DNA of 64,000 nucleotides from Octopus vulgaris (Eukaryota): NCBI GenBank assembly GCA_951406725.2, contig OX597835.1, positions 2,604,001 to 2,668,000 of the forward strand, read 5' to 3'. Shown piece by piece: positions 54,691 to 64,000 of this stretch (position 1 is its first letter; each line of letters starts with the position of its first letter). The notes under the pieces were generated by a model. It saw only the letters and a program-made list of their open reading frames with translations, ran no database searches and was not told where the DNA came from. The position numbers and the translations under genes were made by a program.

Positions 54691-55250
54691 AGACACGGTG
54701 TTTTTTTTATCTCTGTATTTGCTCACACGGGCTCATATATTACACGCCCACAGACGCATCACCTTGGTTTATCAGCTTTAAAGATCACTACAAATAAGAA
54801 CATTCAGTGTGTGGAGTATATACGTGATCGACTACAACAACGTCAGCACTTCCTTCGTACGTCATTTTATCAGTTGCGTTATAGTCGTCATGGCCTCTCT
54901 CGCCATGGTAACAAGTTTACTTCCAATAAACACGGTTCCATTTTCAGTTTCGCTGCGGGGCACCTTGGACAAGTATCGGCTACTAGAGCCCCGAACCGAC
55001 CAAGGACTTGTTACTGCCTCTGGCAGACTCAAATTGAAAGATTAAACACACACACACCCACACACACAAACACACACACACGCGTGCGTGCACATATACA
55101 GGCAGACAGACAGACACACAGACACACACACACTCACAAACTCACACACACTCACAAACATACACACACATGTAGTTGATGCAAATAAGAAAAATAGAAC
55201 TTAAAATATGAGTATATGTATAGCTTTATTAATATGTAACTAAATATTAA

Positions 55251-55303
<53 letters not shown>

Positions 55304-55356
55304 CTCTATCTCTCTATCTCTCTATCTCTCTATCTATCTTTCTCTCTCTCTCTCTC

Positions 55357-55499
<143 letters not shown>

Positions 55500-55624
55500 T
55501 AATTTGAACATATTTTCAAAGGAAAAAAAATTATTTTCGAATTTTTTCTCTTATGAGGTTTTTCACGCTATCTACCTGATAATTTCTTGTTAAGATTCCT
55601 TATTAAGAAGTTATCCTTAATTGT

Positions 55625-55667
<43 letters not shown>

Positions 55668-55727
55668 CAAAATGTAACTATACGTGGATTTTCCCTCCTT
55701 GTCTTTTGAAATTTCTTATGTCTCCTA

Positions 55728-55760
55728 TTTCCGAAGAGGAGCGTTGTTCGAAACCTAAAG
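55728..55760 (+). ncRNA. Degenerate minimal hammerhead-like motif in a TA-flanked insert
   Basis: TTT-CCGAAGA-G-GAGC gtt GTTC-GAAA-CC-TA-AAG. Confidence 0.4.
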
Positions 55761-55866
55761 CAACCACTCTTTCTTTCCTTGTCTAAGGGTCTTATTAATA
55801 CTTTGCATGTACCACGTGCTCGCGTTGTTGTCTTTTTATTGTCTTTTTCTCCGTCTTTTTTATTAG

Positions 55867-55901
<35 letters not shown>

Positions 55902-56576
55902 TTACACACACACTAGTTGTTGCTTAATAGATTGTTATTGAGCTTGATCATTTCTTCGTGGTGTGTGTCAGGATCGCTACTTATATACTTTGCTCGATGG
56001 TTTAGGGTTATCTTTATGTAGTCGTTTTCCTCCACTACTGCTTCACAACTGGTAACGGTTTGTTTATGTTCTCGTAATCTAGATGCATAACATAAGAGAC
56101 CGATAGAATAAGTACAAGTCTTAAAATCATACACAATTACTAGGAACAATTTGCTCGACTGAACCCTTCAAGGCTGTGCCCCAGCATGGCCGGAATCCTA
56201 TGTATGAAACAACTAAAGAATAAAGAATAAATGATGGAATCCGAAACCCAGAAAACGAAACGAAATCCTTCACTAAATGCAACCTGATATTTTCCACCCC
56301 TTTCAGTCAAATCTGACGCTGCACCACCTTTATGAACTTAATAATAAACGGAATCCTATATTCAGAAAAAGATGTTCTTTCATTATTAGAAAAACCTATC
56401 GATTGCTGGAGGACTCTTTTTCTAGATTGGACACTTTTCTGTATTAATAAAATTTTCTTCATAAAACTCAACATTTCCCGTTTGTAGATATGAATTTATG
56501 AATTTACTGCACTTTATTTTGTACACTTTTTACCTGTCATACCATATTTATGATTTGACGTATATTACATTTTCAA

Positions 56577-56798
<222 letters not shown>

Positions 56799-57189
56799 AT
56801 ATATATATATATATACGAATGTTTGTTTATACATACCCACAGACATTCGCGCCTGCACACACACATTCTTTGTGTTTTTCCTTTCACTGTTGTTCATTTA
56901 ATTTGAAACAATAAAATATCCCGGGATTCCAAGGAAAGAGAAAAAGACGAGGAGATAATAATTACATCGCTTCGCCAATATACGAAACCAATTCTCTTTT
57001 ACCTTTTAGCAAAATCCACAGAGTAGTGTCAAAAGTATTGGTTGGGGTTACAATGGCAACGCACCTTTCTTAACCTCTTCGTCGTAGCCAACACATACAT
57101 ACACATTCACAGATACACACACATGCATACGTACCTATATATAAGCATACATACATATATACATATGAACCTACCTACATATGCACATG

Positions 57190-57220
<31 letters not shown>

Positions 57221-57226
57221 GTATAT

Positions 57227-57590
57227 GCGTAGGAGTGGCTGTGTGGTAAGTAGCTTGCTTACCAACAACATGGTTCTGGGTTCAGTTCCACTGCGTGGCA
57301 TCTTGGGCAAGTCTCTTCTACTATAACCTCGGACCGACCAAAGCCTTGTCAGTGGATTTGGTAGACGGAAACTGAAAGAATCCCGTCGTATATGTATATA
57401 TATGCATGTGTGTGTGTATATGTTTGTGTGTCTTTATTTGTTCCCACGCAACATCGCTTGACAACCGATGCTGGTGTGTTTACGTCCCAGTACCAGGCTT
57501 ACAAAGAATAAGACCTGGGGTCGATTTGGTCGACTAAAGGCGGTGCTCCAGCATGGCCACAGTCAAATGACTGAAACAAGTAATGACTGA
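57227..57590 (+). mobile_element. SINE family A (internal deletion)
   Basis: Match to 10215-10605. Confidence 0.9.
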
Positions 57591-57617
57591 AATATATATA
57601 TATACAAGTAATGACTG

Positions 57618-57660
<43 letters not shown>

Positions 57661-57669
<9 letters not shown>

Positions 57670-57770
57670 GGAGCTTCTACAGGACTAGTACTGTTTCATT
57701 CAAGAGAAATCTTCAGGAAGATTTCTCTTGAATGAAACAGTACTAGTCCTGTAGAAGCTCCTTCTATATA
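57661..57770. repeat. Perfect palindrome, 54-bp arms, 2-nt loop
   Basis: ..caagagaaatcttc-ag-gaagatttctcttg..; minus strand reads CTGAAGA..GAAAC..GTC from the loop. Confidence 0.95.
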
Positions 57771-57842
57771 ATAAATTAATTTTACTCTGCTATGTATTGA
57801 GTACCTTACTTACTGTGGTTAACCCCGAATCAACCCGGGACC

Positions 57843-57910
<68 letters not shown>

Positions 57911-58139
57911 TATACATATATACTCAGATATTTTCATAGATAGAGACATACATACATATACATATATACATTCATACATATACATACACGCGCGCCGCAC
58001 GCACACACACATATATTATAAATCTGGGATACAAAAGCGTATGTCGCTAGTGGGTGAAAGTAAGGCACAGTGTAGTTCAGATTTCCAACTCTTTCATATA
58101 TACTGACTTTTGAGCCACAATTATAGAAACTACAAACTT

Positions 58140-59040
58140 TGAGAGGCATCCCGGCCGTACTAGCATATGAAAGGAACGTGTCGGCATATGGCGACCCACG
58201 TCCCTGTTAGAATTTTGAAGGTGAAACTCATTGATGTGATCAGCATTGCACTGAAGAACGAAGAGGCGATGTCAGGAGGAAAAGTAACCAAGAAAAGTTA
58301 TTGGGCCTGCAGCTCGACACCTTGAGAAGCTATTCTATGCTGTCCAACAGCGATGTACAGCACTGGTTAACAGACTGTTTAAATTGCTCGGAACTGGGTT
58401 TGGTCCTGATCTCCGAGTTGAGAACTGAGACAAAGTGCCAAGCTTTGTGGAGGTGGCAAATACTGTGTTATATATGTCTACTCCTCTGCTTTCTGTGGAA
58501 CGTATTTATCCCACTGGTTAGGCGCAGTATATGTTGTAAACAGCGGCCAAGTGGAGGACTGGACCTGAAATGCTGGTGTTGCGTAGACATGCACTGGGGC
58601 GGCTCTGATATCTCCAGCGTTTCAGTAACGTCGAGTAGGTCTGATTGCCGTTTTTGAGAGATTCACCTTTCCGCAGTACGTCTCTTTGATCGAGCTGCAC
58701 TCCTAGATCAAGCGTAGAGTGAGGCAGGGCTCCTTGCACCTAAATTGTTGCTGGGCGCTGAGAGTCCGATGCCAGTCGAGTTCTGTAGTCGATGGAAGTT
58801 CCTCTTTGGCATTCTATTGCAGGTAAATGACGAGGAGGCGCAACGACGTCCCCAAAGAGACAAGAGTCGTTGATGAGAATGAACTCACTGCGCTACACGG
58901 AGAACTTTAGAGCAGAAACCCAAGGATAATTTCCGCAAATCTCTCAGTGCTTCCTGCACCATTGCTGGCTCGAGATAAACCCTACAAGCATGGAAGTGCA
59001 ATCAGTCAAGCCTCTCTTATATGAGCGAAGAGTCACTAAA
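58140..59040 (+). mobile_element. L1/Tx1-clade LINE RT and C-terminal relic
   Basis: VSAYGD (YADD-like), KLLGTGFGPDL, FLWNVFIPLVRRSICC..GGL. Confidence 0.7.
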
Positions 59041-59468
59041 CTATTCTCCTCCCAGTCGCCGAGTCAATGAGTATCGCTGACTAATCGAATTTTGTCGAAC
59101 GAATGCTCTTCTGTGTTGGACGGTTATTGTGTATACACCTGTATTTGTAATACACACACACACACACATGTATATATATACATCAATATATAAATATGCT
59201 TTGTTAGCAAGGCGTACAAAAATGATTAGCGGCATTTCGTCTGTCTTTACGTTCTGAGTTCAAAGTTCACTGAGATCCATTTTGATTATCGTCCTTTCGG
59301 GATCAATAAAAGAAATCCCAGTTGAACATTAGGGTCGATGTAATCAACTCACTGCCTCCCTCGGAATTGCTGGTTTTGTGCCAAGATATGAAATCAGTAT
59401 ATAAATATTACTATATATGTATGCATGTGTACACCCACACTCATACATACACGCCCCCACGCACATGC

Positions 59469-59499
<31 letters not shown>

Positions 59500-59652
59500 G
59501 TCCACTTTCAGTTTAATTTTGGATCGCCTTGGTAATATTAAAGTTAATGATCTTTTCTATGTCTAAATGTGTTAACACAATGGAAAACGATTGTCGGCTT
59601 TGTAAGGTGAATTCTACGATTAAAGAAATGATATTCTCCATACGTATTTTTG

Positions 59653-59694
<42 letters not shown>

Positions 59695-59984
59695 AGATAA
59701 GTAGATAGATTCTAGATATAGTTATATCTATTATATATAAAAACGCTCACACACACATATATATATATATACATACGTACGTACCTCACGCATACATGCA
59801 TACATACATACGTTCGCACGTAAATACATATATACACATATACATATTCTGGTGTGACAGTGAGTGAGAGAAAGAGACAGAGAGGCACATTATATAAGTG
59901 TGTAGGTGTATCTGTTTGCACATACCTGTGAAATTGCGTGTGCATTTGTGTGTGAGTAATTGTGTGCGAATGTGTGTCCGTGCG

Positions 59985-60062
<78 letters not shown>

Positions 60063-60545
60063 GCAGGAAATGTTATACCATTTTATGCCCTTTAACATCC
60101 AATATCTAATAACATCTTAAGAAAGCGAAGAGATTTCCAATCGAATATATTTTCTATAACATCCTTGCGGCGCTACTTCACAGTAGCAATTTCCCCCTCT
60201 TCTGTGTTAGGCCAATCAAATATATTATTTATTTAATGAATAAATCTCGCCGTTACAAGTCCTGTCTTTAAAATAAATATTCAAATCATACGACATCAAA
60301 TATATTTCATCGAGACCCCAATGTTATAAATTGTCCAGAGATTACATTCAAGCCGACACTTTAAACGTTGGTCTGTTGTGCTAAGCAACTTTTAATAGCA
60401 TTTGATCGCTTTCCATGTCAAAAGTGGAGTCCGTCAGATATGACCAACGTAATAAATATGGAGGTGGGGTGAAAATCACCGGATGATATTTTGGATGTTT
60501 ATTTAAAAACGTGGCAATTTAGTCACCAGGTGGATAGAGTTGTCA

Positions 60546-60618
<73 letters not shown>

Positions 60619-60979
60619 AGAGAGAGAGAGAGAGAGATATGTATGTATGTATATATATATATATATATATTGTTTTCAAGTATGAGCATCAATTACTAAA
60701 AATAAAAACAAAGATAGAAAATAAAAAAATGAAATATGAAAAATAAACTAATATAACGATCATTAAATATATTTTGTATACTATGAAGTATTTTAATCTG
60801 AATATATGTTAGCGCATTAGTTTATTGAAAATACCGGCAACAATATTTAAAAAAATATTTTTAAAAATTATTTTCAAATAACCATGACGAAATAAGAAAT
60901 ATACCTTTCATTCTTTGATATTATTAAAAATACATGTTAGTATAATAACAATACGCTATATTTTTGTGAGTAAAATTAT

Positions 60980-61832
60980 TTTGCTATTAGATGAACGCTC
61001 TGTCATAAAAACTATACAGGTTCCACAGGAATGTCCATTAGACCTAGATGTACACTTCACAGACAAAACATCTTCAGGAATTTGGGAGCGACTTGATCTC
61101 AGGTGCAAGAAAAAGGCTCCCAATCTGTTTAATATCATTCCCTGCTTATCTCGTAAAATATCAGAGTGAGCTCCCCTGAAGGACATACTTCAACAAAAAC
61201 TCGTTAGGTCATTCCCAGTCGTCTTCCAGCACGCCTGACATTAACCCAGATTTTCTGAGGGCCCGTATTATTAATAGATATTCGTTGGACTAGATACATT
61301 CGTTCGAGAAAGCCTGGTGTACGAAGTAGGCTGTCTAGTCGCCGTCGAAACGACAATGCAAAAGCTGATACTGGATTCCATCTTACCAGTAGCGCTCATG
61401 AGAGACCTCACAAGTGACCTGGCGCGCGCGTACATAGACACAGACACACACACGCATGCATACATACATTGGGTTCAGGCTAAATTAGACAATCTTTTAT
61501 GTCACATTTCTTCTGGCACTGCATGATGTATTGGAGAAAAGTAAACGCCATTCGTTGACAAATTAAACTGGCAGTTACAAAAGTGTTAATTGAAAAGGAG
61601 GACTTGAAGCCGTCTAAAAACTGGAAAAGATTTGCCTGCATTATGACGATTCATGCTAGGTATCAAAATGCCGACCACATGACTTCTCCTCTGTGAACAC
61701 CGTAAAGGCTGTAAGTCATGACATGAACAGCTGCAACTGAGACTTCGAAGTTGTGGTCAGCTGCAAAGGACACAGCAAGCGTTCTAAATGCTTCTGCATG
61801 CCCCGACACAGAGGAGTTTATTTCGAGTCCGT
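60980..61832 (+). mobile_element. Fragments of maT-like transposons (catalytic remnant ~60980-61370; 5' end from ~61467)
   Basis: SSSTPDINPDF (SPDLNP-like); EDLKPSKNWKRFACIMTIHA..VNTVKAV as an HTH-like N-terminus. Confidence 0.4.
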
Positions 61833-61846
61833 TTAATTATACATAC

Positions 61847-61963
<117 letters not shown>

Positions 61964-62964
61964 TGTGTGTGTGGGGACGGGGGATTGATGCTGGAAATGT
62001 GTCAAGGCCGACAGGAAGTGGTGCTTCCTAAGGCTAAATAGCAGTACTATTATTCCCTTTCATGGGACTGTCACATTGAGTTGAGTATATACCACCACTT
62101 TAGAATGTTACTACTGTATGAATCTCCGAGAGATTTAGAAACGTATTATTGATATATATATATATATATATACACTAACGTAAATATGTACATTTATAAG
62201 TGTACGCACCACAGATACACTTGCAAGTATGTATGTATGTATGTATGTATGTATGTATGTATGTATGTATGTATGTATGTATGTATGTATGTAGTGCGCA
62301 GTTCATAAGGGTGTACTCAATGTCGTACAAGTAGTGATAAGCGTCAACAGAAATACTTGGGTTCTTGTTAAAGAGCTTGTTTCATTCTTGATATTTCCTC
62401 CAAACCAGCGCCCTGAACTTATATATCACGTATCGACGAACAAAGGGCGAGAGGCAATATTGACCTAAGCAGGATTTGAAATCAGAACACAGTGAGTCGG
62501 AACGAATACCACCAATGCATTTGGTCAAACGCTTTAAAGATTCTGCCACTTCGACCTCACCCATTCGCGCGCGTCCATATGTGTGCATATGAATGAGTGT
62601 GCATACGTACAATGACATACATTTATACATGTGTAAATCTAGATTAGATTTCTTTTTTCTGTTCTCTCACATCTTTTGTGAGGAACTGGAGACTAAATTA
62701 AAACGTTCCCAACCGTCTTCTCTTCTCTATGGAGCGGTTCAAGTATGCTTGCTTCCGATTGTATTCTTTTCACAGAATCTAATAATGTATTCAGTTTGGA
62801 AGCCATGAAAAATATTAGAGATATTTTTATATTCTTCGGACAACAAATAACTCTCTGTGACAGCATTACGATTTCAAAGAATTTAATCAGAATCTCAAGT
62901 TGGTAAATGTCATTAAAATGTCGGTAAAAACACCGAAATACATACATACACACACATACATACA

Positions 62965-62995
<31 letters not shown>

Positions 62996-63236
62996 GCGCA
63001 TTTATACACACACACATTTACACAAACAAACACATACACACATATAAACACACATACATTCATACATATGTGTGAGTTTCCGTAAGTGTTTTATTTTACG
63101 CATTATATTCAATGTTGCTATTGTTGCTTCGAAAGATGATAATGATGATGATTTTGATGATGAAGACGATGATGATGATTATGATAATAATAAGAACAAT
63201 AACAACAACAACAATAATAATAATAATACTAATTCT

Positions 63237-63577
63237 GAGACCCCATTCGGTCACGACACATACCATGGGATTGCACCTAGAAAGTTACCCTCCCAGGCAC
63301 AAGTCCGGGCAAGGTTGTTTTATGGAAGACCAGCAGTCGCCCATGCATACCGGCTTCCCCTCTCCACGCCACCAGTGTTATCCAAGGGAAAGGCAAAGGG
63401 GCCGATACAGCTTGGCATTTGTGACGTCGCAACTCATTTCTACAGCTGAGTGAACTGGAGCAACGCGAAATAAAGTGTCTTGCTCAAGAACACAACACTC
63501 AGCCCGGTCCGGGATTCGAGCTCACAACCCCATGGTCGTAAGCTCGACGCTCTAACCACTGAGCTGTGCGCCTTCAC
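63237..63577 (-). mobile_element. tRNA-derived CORE-like SINE (family D)
   Basis: Head gaaggcgcacagctcagtggttagagcg..ctcgaatcccgg, then ttcttgagcaagacacttt; 3' part differs from family C. Confidence 0.85.
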
Positions 63578-63579
63578 AA

Positions 63580-63650
<71 letters not shown>

Positions 63651-64000
63651 ATAATAATAATAATAATAATAATAATAGTAAGTGAGGTATGCCATAGGTA
63701 TGATAAGAAAGGGATGTCAAAATCATCTAGATATGCTCCCAGGAGAACCATGTCTCAGAGAAATGCAAAAGATTGTGCTGACAACTACTACCCACATCCT
63801 TAGAAAAACACTATCCATTTAAGTGTCTGTGTTGTATTACATGAAGATAGTTCACTAATACTTCTGCCACTTCCCCTCCCCAAGCTTTCAGTCATAATGT
63901 AAAGTCTCTTATCCACACTCACCCTAGGACACTGGGTGGGTCTCGGCAAGTGGTAGTAACAGACATGCAATTTAAAAGTAACTACTACTACTACTACTAC

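Overview
AT-rich, microsatellite-laden eukaryotic DNA. The tRNA-derived SINE families and repeat load are most consistent with an octopod cephalopod; that is inference, no search was run. Almost all ORFs in the supplied track are microsatellite or SINE artefacts. The main host signal is hidden by splicing: two tandem + strand genes for cystine-knot peptides with an agatoxin-like C-C-CC-CxC-CxC framework. Gene B can be assembled from four phase-consistent GT-AG exons (7968-8040, 8515-8574, 10683-10740, 14605-14788) into a 124-aa precursor: signal peptide, propeptide, KR, then a 60-aa 8-Cys peptide ending in Gly, followed by AATAAA. Gene A (knot exon 1997-2207, 5' part incomplete) is a highly diverged paralogue ending in a hydrophobic, GPI-signal-like tail. 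The second theme is a set of palindromes and inverted repeats carrying minimal type-I hammerhead-ribozyme-like motifs of the kind known from Penelope-like elements, one with a swapped G3-C8 core pair. The rest is TE debris: several SINE families (including 184-bp tandem concatemers and one copy with an 83-bp target-site duplication), and relics of CRE-, R4/Dong-, RTE- and L1/Tx1-type LINEs and of mariner and maT (DD37D-type) transposases. TE boundaries are approximate.
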